From positions 31,587 to 95,586 of the forward strand of contig JAPLYT010000006.1 of assembly GCA_026395435.1 (NCBI GenBank): 64,000 nt of DNA, written 5' to 3'. The first letter of the stretch is position 1, and every line of letters begins with the position of its first letter. The translations under genes and the position numbers were made by a program. The notes beneath the pieces were generated by a model that was not told the DNA's origin, did no database searches, and saw only the letters and a program-made list of their open reading frames with translations. This stretch comes from Candidatus Saccharimonadota bacterium (GTDB taxonomy: Bacteria; Patescibacteriota; Saccharimonadia; Saccharimonadales; AWTP1-31). Below are positions 8,750 through 20,058 of the stretch, in pieces.

Positions 8750-9727
8750 GTGTCTAAGAGGTTACGACTGTTCGGAGTATGGGGAGCGTTATGCCTGATC
8801 GCTGTTGCGAGCATTGGTTTAGAGCGCGTTCACGCGGCCGATCCGCCTCCAACACAAGGCATTCAGATTTCGCCTGTCCTTATCGACCTCAATACTGAAA
8901 AAAGCAATTCCTATAGTCTCAAAATTACGGTTACCAACGTCACAGCTGGTGATCTTGCTCTCAAGCAAGTCGTGAATGATTTCCGAGCCAAAGATGACAG
9001 TGGAAACCCCGAAGTCATCCTGGATAATTCTGAGCCATCGAACGGATTTTCTTTTAAAAACTGGGTTAGCTTACCTCCGAGTATTGTGCTCAAGTCGAAA
9101 GAAAGTCGTGTTATCAATGCGACGGTCAATGTCCCCAATGATGCCGAGGCGGGTGGTCACTATGGCGTGATTCGTTTTAGTGGTGTAGCACCAGGCGAAG
9201 AGAATGCCAACGTCTCGATTGCCGCCAGCGTAGGTGTGCTTGTGCTCGCCAGAGTGAATGGCACCATATCTGAAAGTCTTAAGCTTAAAGATTTCTATGC
9301 AGAACATAACGGCAAAAAAACAAGCCTCCTTCAGAATGGGCCACTTCAAATTGTTGAGCGCGTCGAAAACAACGGCAATGTCCACGTCAAGCCAAAAGGA
9401 ACAATCACGGTAAAAAATATGTTTGGTAGCACCGTCTTGACGACGCCCATAAGTGACCCCGCCAAAAATATCCTCCCCAATAGTAATCGGAAATTTAGCC
9501 AAGAAATCAAACAAAAATGGATGTTCGGGCGCTACACTGCCCGCCTCGATGCCACCTACGGCTATGGCAACAAAGTACTCAGCGGATCGTTTTCATACTG
9601 GGTCATACCGTACAAATTGATTCTCATCGTACTGCTTGTGCTCGCCGTATGTATCGTCGGACTGCGGTTCGGCCTCAAACGATACAACGAGAAAATCATC
9701 AACAAAGCGATGAATCGAAGACGGTAG
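8750..9727 (+). CDS. DUF916 / WxL-interacting-like secreted protein with C-terminal TM
   Basis: GIQISP, VPNDAEAGGHY, ENNGNVHVKP, NILPNSNRK, FGRYTA, TM + basic tail; paralogue of 6226..7116. Confidence 0.75.
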   Translation: MSKRLRLFGVWGALCLIAVASIGLERVHAADPPPTQGIQISPVLIDLNTEKSNSYSLKITVTNVTAGDLALKQVVNDFRAKDDSGNPEVILDNSEPSNGFSFKNWVSLPPSIVLKSKESRVINATVNVPNDAEAGGHYGVIRFSGVAPGEENANVSIAASVGVLVLARVNGTISESLKLKDFYAEHNGKKTSLLQNGPLQIVERVENNGNVHVKPKGTITVKNMFGSTVLTTPISDPAKNILPNSNRKFSQEIKQKWMFGRYTARLDATYGYGNKVLSGSFSYWVIPYKLILIVLLVLAVCIVGLRFGLKRYNEKIINKAMNRRR

Positions 9728-9733
9728 CAATCC

Positions 9734-10420
9734 GTGAAAAACATACGAACTTTTCTGGGCAGTATCCGTGACGTGTCAATCATTGTACTCTTAATTTTCG
9801 CCGTAACTCCTTTAGTTGCGTATGCAGCAACACAGACAGTCACACGTTCGGTCACGGTCACGGCCACGGTGCCTGGGCCGCCACCAACCACCCCGGCAGT
9901 CATTACTTCACCTTCCGGTAACATTACGGTGGGTGTGACACCGATCGTGGTATCGGGAACTTGTGGCCCTGGGCTAGAAGTTCGACTGACCAATAATGGT
10001 GCCCTCATTGGTACCACCACCTGCGCACTGGATGGAACATTCACGATCAATATCTCTCTCGCTGAGGGTACCAATAATCTTGCGGTTCTCAACTTTGACA
10101 CACTTAATCAGGCCGGACCGGCATCAGCAGTAATTGCGGTTTTTGTACAATTTTCGACTCCTGCCAGCCCCGCAAACAGCACCCGCCCTGTCGGATCAAG
10201 CCCGACACCGATTCCACCTGATCAAGTACCCATACCTCCAAAGCCTGTTACCGCTGGACCAACTAATCCAATCGTGCGTAAAATCGATGCGATAGGATCA
10301 CTCGTGCATCCAGAATTACTATTATTTTTCATTGATATTCTACTGTATCTTTTGTTGGCTGATGTATTGTTCAATCGACAGAGAATCATCCAAGCCATAA
10401 GCCGCAAAAAACGCCCCTAG
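9734..10420 (+). CDS. Secreted Ig-like domain protein with Pro-rich linker and C-terminal TM
   Basis: Signal peptide; PAVITSP...VSGTC...DGTFTINISLAEGTNNL Ig-like pattern. Confidence 0.65.
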   Translation: MKNIRTFLGSIRDVSIIVLLIFAVTPLVAYAATQTVTRSVTVTATVPGPPPTTPAVITSPSGNITVGVTPIVVSGTCGPGLEVRLTNNGALIGTTTCALDGTFTINISLAEGTNNLAVLNFDTLNQAGPASAVIAVFVQFSTPASPANSTRPVGSSPTPIPPDQVPIPPKPVTAGPTNPIVRKIDAIGSLVHPELLLFFIDILLYLLLADVLFNRQRIIQAISRKKRP

Positions 10421-10501
10421 CACAATATAAGTAGACCTATCTTGCTGTACAATAGCGTCTCCCAAAGTTAGTTTTGTAGCCAGGCTTTGCTATACTAGTG
10501 A

Positions 10502-12392
<1,891 letters not shown>

Positions 12393-12444
12393 ACACTACG
12401 TATAGTAGCAATCATAATTACACTACACTGTGATTAAAGTCACA

Positions 12445-12960
12445 TTATTTCCAGCGAAGCAAAGCGGCGTTATCGATCTTTTCCTCAAAATCTGCATCGG
12501 GGTCAACATGGCTGCGGAGTGCTCGGCCAATAGCGCCATGAGCTACAACTACAATGTGATCGGAGGCGTGGTTTTGGATTTGCGTATATGCGTCCAATGC
12601 TCGAGCAATAAGTTGCTCATCATGCTCCATGCCCACAGGATTCAATGCCAGTAACTTCGCCTTGTCAGGGACATGAGGTTGCCCTTCGAGTTCTCCGAAT
12701 TCACGTTCTCTAAGTTCAGGGATAATAATAATCTTTTCTTCTGGGTAGCCAACTTCTTGGGCAAACAGTTTAGCGGTGTGATGCGCTCGTAATTGAGGAG
12801 AACTGAAAATTACATCGATTGGTGTGCCTTTGGCCTTTCTACCAGCCTGTTTTGCCTGTTCGATGCCCTCTGGAGCAAGCGGTGTCTCGAGTGAGCCGGC
12901 AAATACGCCTTTTTTGTTGGCTTCACTCAATCCATGTCGTAAATAATGTAAACTTTTCAT
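12445..12960 (-). CDS. Histidine phosphatase (phosphoglycerate mutase-like) family protein
   Basis: LRHGLS, SSPQLRA, LREREFG, VVAHG. Confidence 0.92.
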   Translation of the reverse strand: MKSLHYLRHGLSEANKKGVFAGSLETPLAPEGIEQAKQAGRKAKGTPIDVIFSSPQLRAHHTAKLFAQEVGYPEEKIIIIPELREREFGELEGQPHVPDKAKLLALNPVGMEHDEQLIARALDAYTQIQNHASDHIVVVAHGAIGRALRSHVDPDADFEEKIDNAALLRWK

Positions 12961-13520
12961 TATTGTTGGTCTTCAAGCTGGTTTAATATCCGCCGTTCTC
13001 GCATGCGAGTAAAAAGGATTTTGTCGTACCAATAGTCGGCACCTTTGGGCTTGACCATCACGGTAAACATTCCGGCCACATTTCCACCATACACATCGCC
13101 TCGTAATTTGTCGCCGATCATAACGGTTTCTGATGCTTTGGCGCCGAGAGTCGTTAGTATTCGTCCGTAAAATCGTTCACTTGGTTTCCGGATCAGATGC
13201 AGGCCTACCCAGAACGGTTGGAATAGATTCGCGTCGAGCGGCTTGCTGTACGCTCTAAGATTGAGCATATTATTGCTTGCTATGCTGAGGCTCAAAAATC
13301 CGTGTTTTTTGAATTGAGTGGTCAAAAACGTTTTGATTTCAGGCTCAAGACGCCTGGTCATTTTTTTACGAATGGTTAGATCGAGATCGACCAGTACATG
13401 TTTGATGCCCATGTCTTTGATTGTTTTGAAATCAACATCAAAAATATTTTTGGCGGTAAAATCAGGCATAAATAAAGGTCGTTTTGATTTCGGGAGGCTA
13501 AGGCTACGGCTTTTTTGCAT
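12960..13520 (-). CDS. YqeG-like HAD IIIA phosphatase
   Basis: LVDLDLT, SNN, RKP, MIGDKLRGDVYGGN. Confidence 0.85.
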   Translation of the reverse strand: MQKSRSLSLPKSKRPLFMPDFTAKNIFDVDFKTIKDMGIKHVLVDLDLTIRKKMTRRLEPEIKTFLTTQFKKHGFLSLSIASNNMLNLRAYSKPLDANLFQPFWVGLHLIRKPSERFYGRILTTLGAKASETVMIGDKLRGDVYGGNVAGMFTVMVKPKGADYWYDKILFTRMRERRILNQLEDQQ

Positions 13521-13612
13521 TAGCTATTAGTATAGAGGTATAGGCCAAAAGTATAAAGAAATTTAACTGATGCCGAGAATATGTGACTCAGAGCCTGTGA
13601 TAGAATACGTAT

Positions 13613-14215
13613 ATGGTTAAAAAATCCTATACGTTAGAAAAAACATTCGCTTACATTTTAGTCGTCGGCGGAATTATCGGATTCATCGCAGCGTTTATTC
13701 TGACGGTTGATAAATTCAATCTTCTCAAAGACCCCTCAATCGACTTAAACTGCAATATCAACCCGATTCTCAGTTGTGGTTCAGTCATGAAAACTGCTGA
13801 GGCATCGACCTTTGGGTTCGCTAATTCCCTGCTTGGGATTATGGGTTTTGCGGTCGTTACAACTATCGGCATGGCGATGCTCGCCGGCGCCACTTTTAAA
13901 CGATGGTTCTGGCGTGGCCTCCAGGTAGGAACGATTTTTGGAATCGGATTCGTCCACTATCTTATTTTCAAAAGCATCTTCCATATAGGTGCGCTGTGTC
14001 CATATTGCATGGTCGTCTGGACAGTCATGATTCCGATATTTATCTACACCACCATTTATAACATCCGGATGGGGCACATCCCCGTGCATGCACGTTTGAA
14101 AAAGGTGATGGCATTTGTTGAGCGACATCATGGTGATGTTATCGTCTTCTGGTACGCCATAATAATCGCAATAATAATCAATCAGTTCTGGTACTACTGG
14201 AAAACACTTTTTTAA
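13613..14215 (+). CDS. Vitamin K epoxide reductase (VKOR) family disulfide-bond protein
   Basis: CNINPILSCGSV and CPYC motifs with multiple TM segments. Confidence 0.92.
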   Translation: MVKKSYTLEKTFAYILVVGGIIGFIAAFILTVDKFNLLKDPSIDLNCNINPILSCGSVMKTAEASTFGFANSLLGIMGFAVVTTIGMAMLAGATFKRWFWRGLQVGTIFGIGFVHYLIFKSIFHIGALCPYCMVVWTVMIPIFIYTTIYNIRMGHIPVHARLKKVMAFVERHHGDVIVFWYAIIIAIIINQFWYYWKTLF

Positions 14216-14334
14216 AACCGCGTTGACTGAAAATTTTGAGCTTATTGTCGCAATTCGCACTCGCCGTACCTTTAGTACGACTCGCTGACAAATTACGCCA
14301 CTTCACCCAAACTTTCCTAACCAACCCGATTTTA
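14213..14334. repeat. Long imperfect palindrome with CGTAC-N5-GTACG apex
   Basis: TAAAACCGCGTTG / CAACCCGATTTTA outer arms, GAAAATTTTG / CAAACTTTC, apex at 14265-14279. Confidence 0.6.
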
Positions 14335-14360
14335 GTTTTTTAATTTAGACTCTTGCAGTG

Positions 14361-14431
14361 GTGTTTGTTGTGGGGTTCGAGGCAATCCGCAGGCGAAGCC
14401 GAGGACACGCGGAGAAGCTTACAACAAACAC
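14361..14431. repeat. Structured repeat family A, copy 1
   Basis: GTGTTTGTTGT / ACAACAAACAC stem enclosing GTTCGAGGCAATCCGCAGGCGAAGCCGAGGAC; core shared with 15348-15425. Confidence 0.85.
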
Positions 14432-14512
14432 TTGCCAGTAACTATTAAGGAAAATGTAATTTGAAAAAAGATTGTGCTAATGCATATGTTTAGGATATAA
14501 TTAAATTCTAGA

Positions 14513-15304
14513 ATGATTACACATAATCGCGCTAGCGTCTTAGAAACCCAACCACCGCAAGGTGGTATTTTTTTAGGTCTTGAAGCGTATGAATGGTCTA
14601 GAGTGCCTGCTGCTTTAAAGGCTTTGTCAATGCGGTTTTATGATTATCATGATGATCTCATGCCCCATGGAACAGTGATCTTGGACCAAGTTAGATATGA
14701 TACTGAACAGCAATGTGAACAAATTCGAACGCTTGGTAGGACTGGTGTGAGGACGGTTTGTTTTTCTGCAGAAAAGCATATTGAAGACGAAGAACTGAGG
14801 ACGGACGGGAATAATGACAAGTTCCATGGGACCGGTATTTTCGGTTGGCAAGTTGTGGACGCTGGGGAATCAGAACGAACGGTATTGCAAATAGAGACCA
14901 GAGGATCGGCCTTGCATTCTGTGCGGAAGGCACGGTTTGGTTTTGGTGGTCAGCTGTTGGGCTACGAGAATGTCGATGAGCTTGAAATTTATGAAGCGTC
15001 AATTTTTTTTGATGGTCTGATACAAAGTCAACCATTTTTAGAAAAGGTTGCAGCTCTCAGGGAGAAAAGGGCAAGTGCTATCGATAATTGGTGTACGCTC
15101 ATTAAAAATCAGCACACAATGCCTCGCCACACTTTTATGATAGAGGAAGAAAAAGCCCGCTTGCTCGTCAGCAAACAGGCGTTGCCAGAAACCGGCTTTT
15201 ACAATTTTAAAACTGTGCAACAACCAATTAGTTATGAACAGCAACTTGCATTAATCCAAGAAAGGATTGATCGCCACGCTGCGCGGTTAGCATCCAAAGA
15301 TTAA
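14513..15304 (+). CDS. Hypothetical protein flanked by family-A repeats
   Basis: 263-aa ORF, TATAAT upstream, no recognisable motif. Confidence 0.65.
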   Translation: MITHNRASVLETQPPQGGIFLGLEAYEWSRVPAALKALSMRFYDYHDDLMPHGTVILDQVRYDTEQQCEQIRTLGRTGVRTVCFSAEKHIEDEELRTDGNNDKFHGTGIFGWQVVDAGESERTVLQIETRGSALHSVRKARFGFGGQLLGYENVDELEIYEASIFFDGLIQSQPFLEKVAALREKRASAIDNWCTLIKNQHTMPRHTFMIEEEKARLLVSKQALPETGFYNFKTVQQPISYEQQLALIQERIDRHAARLASKD

Positions 15305-15347
15305 ACCGGTGTCATTTTTAATGAGACTAGCAACTGGAATAACGATC

Positions 15348-15425
15348 GTAGGGTCAATTGTGGAGTTCGAGGCACTCCGCAGGCGTAGCCGAGGACCAGC
15401 CGAGAAGGCAACGATTAACCCTTAC
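15348..15425. repeat. Structured repeat family A, copy 2
   Basis: GTAGGGTCAATTGT / ACGATTAACCCTTAC stem enclosing GTTCGAGGCACTCCGCAGGCGTAGCCGAGGAC. Confidence 0.85.
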
Positions 15426-15434
15426 ATAAACGAG

Positions 15435-15466
15435 AGGTTTCTCCTCTAACGGATGAGGAAAATGTG
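15435..15466. repeat. Short hairpin repeat family B, copy 1
   Basis: AGGTTTCTCCTCTAACGGATGAGGAAAATGTG; near-identical to 29069-29100; partial copy AGGAAAATGT near 14448. Confidence 0.8.
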
Positions 15467-15518
15467 AATTAGTTATTTTGGCCATAATGGCGAGTCGATG
15501 GGTGGTATCATAAGAGGC

Positions 15519-16433
15519 ATGAAGGTGGATGTACGACCAGGTAAATATGTAGTGGCTGTTTCGGGCGGCGTGGATTCGGTCGCGCTCCTACACCTACTGG
15601 TGAATCAGCCGCACACTGAAAAAGATCAAAAACGTAGCTTTGTGGTGGCACATTTTGATCACGGCATTCGCGATGATTCAGCCTATGATCGACAATTAGT
15701 CCAGTCACTCGCAAAACAATACAAACTACCTTTCGTCTATGAGCAAGGAAATTTAGGCATTGGCGCGAGTGAAAATACGGCACGGATCGCTCGGTATAAT
15801 TTCTTGGAAAAAGTGAAGCAGGCTAGTAATGCCGATGCCATCGTCACCGCTCATCACGAAGACGACCTACTGGAGACGGCCATCCTCAATTTGCTCAGAG
15901 GCACGGGTAGGAAAGGGATGAGCTCACTCGGCGACCATCCGCATTTGCGTCGTCCGCTATTGCATGTCTCTAAAGCAGATATCCAAGCCTACGCTAAAGA
16001 ACAAGGATTGGTCTGGCACGAAGATTCCACCAATGCAGACACCAACTTGAAACGTAATTACGTTCGCAAAGTCTTGGTGCCGGGTTTGGGTGTGAATGGT
16101 CGCAAGACACTCCTCGATATCGTCCGTCACCTAAAGGTCGTGAATGCGTCGCTCGACGAAAACATCGCGCTGTATTTACATACCCAACCGTCCCGCCAGT
16201 CATTGAATAGGCATGCGTTTATTCAGCTTCCGCATGCTGTCGCACTTGAGGTCATGGCCAGCTGGCTCAGATCGCATGGGATAACTGAATTTGACAGCAA
16301 ACTTCTTGAGTCGCTGGTGGTTAAAGTGAAGACACTCCAACCCGGTAAATCGGTGGATGTTGACGCCAAGCATCGTATGCATATGGGTCAGGACAGCGTA
16401 GTTCTGGTTCATAAAGCCGTAATATCGAAGTAA
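15519..16433 (+). CDS. tilS: tRNA(Ile)-lysidine synthase
   Basis: AVSGGVDS, HFDHGIR, ARIARY, TAHHEDD, RPLL, EDSTN...RN. Confidence 0.95.
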   Translation: MKVDVRPGKYVVAVSGGVDSVALLHLLVNQPHTEKDQKRSFVVAHFDHGIRDDSAYDRQLVQSLAKQYKLPFVYEQGNLGIGASENTARIARYNFLEKVKQASNADAIVTAHHEDDLLETAILNLLRGTGRKGMSSLGDHPHLRRPLLHVSKADIQAYAKEQGLVWHEDSTNADTNLKRNYVRKVLVPGLGVNGRKTLLDIVRHLKVVNASLDENIALYLHTQPSRQSLNRHAFIQLPHAVALEVMASWLRSHGITEFDSKLLESLVVKVKTLQPGKSVDVDAKHRMHMGQDSVVLVHKAVISK

Positions 16434-16487
16434 AATTGACTTTTATACCTGAAAAAAGCACGAATCTACCGTATAATAGGGAGACGT

Positions 16488-18347
16488 ATGGATAATAAAC
16501 CTTTCAAATCAAGTCAGAAACCCGGTGGAAATAAACGTGCAGGAATGAAGAACGCGGGATTCATCGCTCTTTTAGTGTTGTTTGGCCTTGTCATTTTTGC
16601 CTCAGTTCGGCAGCCCGATTCACTCAAAAGTGTTCCGTTCTCAGATGTCATAACTCGAGCCAATAAAGGTGAAATCAAAAAGATAACCATCAAAGGCAAC
16701 AACCTTACGGTTACGCCAAAAGATGCAGACAAACCGACCGAAAAATCGTATAAAGAAGCTGGCTCCAGCATCTATGAGCAAGGTCTTACCAATCGAACGG
16801 TCGAAGTCGACCCGCAGGCAGAATCAAATGGCAGTAGTTTTTGGTTGAGCCTCGCAAGCGGCGTTATACCCGTCATTCTCATTAGTGCCGTTTTGTTCTT
16901 CATGCTTCGCAGCGCCCAAGGTCAGGGCAACCAAGCAATGAGCTTCGGTAAGAGCAAGGCTCGTTTGTACGGCAACGAGAAAGACAAAGTCACCTTCAAA
17001 GATATTGCTGGAAGCGAAGAAGCCAAAGTCGACCTCCAGGAAGTCGTTGAATTCTTGAAATTCCCTAAGAAGTTTGAATCTGTTGGTGCCAAAATTCCTA
17101 AGGGAGTTTTGCTCGTCGGTCCTCCGGGAACCGGTAAAACTATGTTGGCCCGTGCGGTAGCCGGAGAAGCCGACACTCCGTTCTTCAGTATTTCGGGTTC
17201 TGAATTCGTCGAAATGTTCGTGGGTGTTGGTGCCAGCCGTGTCCGTGATCTTTTCGCCAAAGCTAAAAAGAATGCACCATGCATCATCTTTATCGATGAA
17301 ATTGATGCTGTCGGTCGCAAGCGTGGAAGTGGCATGGGTGGTGGCCACGACGAACGAGAGCAAACGCTCAACCAAATCTTGGTCGAAATGGATGGATTTG
17401 AACAAGGTACAAACGTGATTGTCCTGGCTGCTACCAACCGTTCAGACGTGCTCGACTCTGCACTTCTCCGACCAGGACGTTTCGACCGTCGTGTTAATAT
17501 CGACCTTCCTGACCGTAAAGATCGAGAAGCAATCCTCAAGATTCATTTCAAAAAGAAACCACTCGCCAAAGGTGTTGACCTTGATGCTCTGGCTGCAAAA
17601 TCAGCCGGATCTTCTGGTGCAGACCTAGCTAACATTGCCAACGAGTCGGCCATCATTGCTGCCCGCAACAGTCGTAAAGAAATTACGTCTGGCGATGTTA
17701 CATCGGCCTTCGAAAAAGTTGCCATTGGCCCAGAGCGAAAAACCAAAGTGATGAGCGAGCACGACAAAGAAATGACTGCCTACCACGAAGCCGGTCATGC
17801 CATTGTCGGCCATGTCATGCCTCATAGTGATATGGTCCACAAAGTCACTATCATCCCTCGTGGTGGTACTGGTGGTGTAACGTGGTTCATTCCACCAGAA
17901 GATAAGAGCTACCACTCGATTGTTGAATACAAAGATATCCTGGCTCGTATGCTTGGTGGTCGTATTGCCGAAGAAGTCGTCTATGGTCGTGATCATGTCA
18001 CAACTGGTGCAGGATCTGATCTCCAAAAGGCAGCAGAATTGGCACGTGATATGATCATCAATCAAGGAATGGGCAACAAACTCCAAGACCAAGTCTTCCA
18101 TATCGACGAAGGTATGATGATGGAGCGGATGATGCACGAGAAACAATATTCTGATGAAACAGCTAAGGTTATCGACGACGAGGTCGAAGCACTCATCACT
18201 GAAGCCGCTACCCGGGCACGTGCTGTCATCAAAGCCAATAAAAAATCACTCGATGCACTCAAAGATCTTTTGATCGAAAAAGAAACCGTTGAGGCCGATG
18301 AAGTCCTCAAGGTCCTCAAAGACGCAACGTTGCCTACTACCGTTTAG
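16488..18347 (+). CDS. ftsH: ATP-dependent zinc metalloprotease FtsH
   Basis: Two TM segments, [27 protein letters not shown]. Confidence 0.98.
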   Translation: MDNKPFKSSQKPGGNKRAGMKNAGFIALLVLFGLVIFASVRQPDSLKSVPFSDVITRANKGEIKKITIKGNNLTVTPKDADKPTEKSYKEAGSSIYEQGLTNRTVEVDPQAESNGSSFWLSLASGVIPVILISAVLFFMLRSAQGQGNQAMSFGKSKARLYGNEKDKVTFKDIAGSEEAKVDLQEVVEFLKFPKKFESVGAKIPKGVLLVGPPGTGKTMLARAVAGEADTPFFSISGSEFVEMFVGVGASRVRDLFAKAKKNAPCIIFIDEIDAVGRKRGSGMGGGHDEREQTLNQILVEMDGFEQGTNVIVLAATNRSDVLDSALLRPGRFDRRVNIDLPDRKDREAILKIHFKKKPLAKGVDLDALAAKSAGSSGADLANIANESAIIAARNSRKEITSGDVTSAFEKVAIGPERKTKVMSEHDKEMTAYHEAGHAIVGHVMPHSDMVHKVTIIPRGGTGGVTWFIPPEDKSYHSIVEYKDILARMLGGRIAEEVVYGRDHVTTGAGSDLQKAAELARDMIINQGMGNKLQDQVFHIDEGMMMERMMHEKQYSDETAKVIDDEVEALITEAATRARAVIKANKKSLDALKDLLIEKETVEADEVLKVLKDATLPTTV

Positions 18348-18413
18348 ACAGTCTCAATAAAGTGAAGATTCTACTGGCTACTGGGGCCCAGTCTGACTAT
18401 ACTAGTAAGCAGT

Positions 18414-20015
18414 ATGAATCGAATATTACGTCGCACCAATAAGCGTATTTCTGTCAGCGGCGCTGCCATACTCTTAGTGGTGACCTCCTTGATTGGCCAA
18501 GTCTTGGGTATTCTGCGAGTTAAGCTCATAAATGGTAACTTTAGCGCGCTTGGCCCGGGCAGTACTGACGCATTTTTTGCGGCATCCAAGATCCCTGATT
18601 TCTTTTTCTTCACCATAGCTGCCGGAGCTTTGGGCGTCGCCTTTATGCCGATTCTGGCCGATCACGTCCATAATCATGACAAAAAAGGAGTGTGGGAGCT
18701 TTCATCGAGCCTTCTCAACTTCTTGGCGATAATTATGTTCTTCGTGGGGGCTATTATCTTCGTTTTTGCAGAACCACTCATTCATTATGTGGTAGCCCCA
18801 AAGCTCGAACCGGCGCAATTACATAATGCCGTACTCATCATGCGATTTATCGCGTTCAACCCGCTATTGTTCACTATCTCTGGTATCCTCACCTCGGTGC
18901 AACAAACTTTCGGACGGTTCTTCTTCTATGCCATAGCACCGCTGGTTTATAACATTTCCATCATTGTCAGTATTTTTGTATTTCGTGGGAATCTCGGTTT
19001 GATTGGTCTGGGCGTTGGGGCACTTATTGGTGCCGTACTGCAACTGGTTATCGCATTTATTGGCAGTGGTGGGCTCAACTTCAAATACCACCGAACCATT
19101 GATTTCTCTACGCCAGACTTCAGGAAGATACTCAGGCAATTACCACCTCGTTCCATCGACCAAGGTATCATGTCTATCAACAGTATTGTCGATACCAATT
19201 TTGCCAGGCGGCTTGGCACAGGGAACATCAGCTTTTATGAAAACGCCTATACACTTCATACAGCTCCAACGTTACTCATTGGAACGGCAATTAGCTCGGC
19301 GGTTTTCCCAAGGTTTAACGAGAATGTCGCTAAGGGAAATATGGATGAGTTCCGAACTGATTTCTTACAGATACTACGAATCATAATCTGGATTGCAACG
19401 CCGGTGGTGGTGGTTTGCTTCTTCGGCCGTGGCTATTTGGCGCGTATGATATTCAGTCGTAATTCACCAGAGATTGCAGCCATATTTGGCTTTCTCACAG
19501 GCGCAATTTTCTTCCGTACTGTCTATACGATTGTATCGCGATATTTCTATGCCCAGAAAGATACCTGGACTCCACTCATCGATTCACTCTTTGCTATCGT
19601 GCTTAACATCTTCTTGGTATCTATGCTGGCAAGACCATCAAGCTATGGAATCACCGGCATTGCTTTGGCCGAATCTATTGTGGCAGGTTGCCAGTTATTT
19701 ATCCTAACCACCATTATGTTCTTTCGTGATCCGAGATTATTCAATCTCAAGTTTTTTGGCGGTTTGGGTCGTATATTGTCGATCACCGGATTTAGCATGA
19801 TGGCGGCTTTCATCATGGTGACTATTTTCCCACTCGGTATCAATGATACTGGTTTTATCACCTTAGGCTTCAAACTAGCCATTATTGCACTGGTCACGTT
19901 CGCCGTTCATCTGACCTTGTCGTCTCTCTTCGGGCTTGAAGAGGCAGAACCAATCGTCCGGAAACTCAAGTCAATCCGCGACGCATTGTTGCGCCCCGTC
20001 AGAATCGACATCTAG
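18414..20015 (+). CDS. murJ: Lipid II flippase MurJ (MviN)
   Basis: DAFFAASKIPD, GALGVAFMP and multi-TM MOP pattern. Confidence 0.9.
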   Translation: MNRILRRTNKRISVSGAAILLVVTSLIGQVLGILRVKLINGNFSALGPGSTDAFFAASKIPDFFFFTIAAGALGVAFMPILADHVHNHDKKGVWELSSSLLNFLAIIMFFVGAIIFVFAEPLIHYVVAPKLEPAQLHNAVLIMRFIAFNPLLFTISGILTSVQQTFGRFFFYAIAPLVYNISIIVSIFVFRGNLGLIGLGVGALIGAVLQLVIAFIGSGGLNFKYHRTIDFSTPDFRKILRQLPPRSIDQGIMSINSIVDTNFARRLGTGNISFYENAYTLHTAPTLLIGTAISSAVFPRFNENVAKGNMDEFRTDFLQILRIIIWIATPVVVVCFFGRGYLARMIFSRNSPEIAAIFGFLTGAIFFRTVYTIVSRYFYAQKDTWTPLIDSLFAIVLNIFLVSMLARPSSYGITGIALAESIVAGCQLFILTTIMFFRDPRLFNLKFFGGLGRILSITGFSMMAAFIMVTIFPLGINDTGFITLGFKLAIIALVTFAVHLTLSSLFGLEEAEPIVRKLKSIRDALLRPVRIDI

Positions 20016-20058
20016 CTCTCGGCTACCTGAAACCGCTCACCTCTGTTATAATAGGGTG

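Noticed and set aside
15175..15200. LPETG in the 14513..15304 protein as a sortase signal
   Set aside because: No hydrophobic segment follows it and there is no signal peptide
14361..15425. Family-A repeats as tRNAs (contain GTTCGA) or canonical integron attC sites
   Set aside because: No cloverleaf or CCA; no clear RYYYAAC/GTTRRRY ends; no integron integrase in the window
16514..18319. Long antisense ORFs inside ftsH (likewise in dnaK, lepA and the giant kinase)
   Set aside because: Expected shadow frames from codon bias in conserved genes
19936..20058. N-terminal extension of LepA (similarly the 55006, 55562 and 6187 starts)
   Set aside because: Extensions overlap neighbouring genes; downstream ATGs match the family start and/or follow a -10 box
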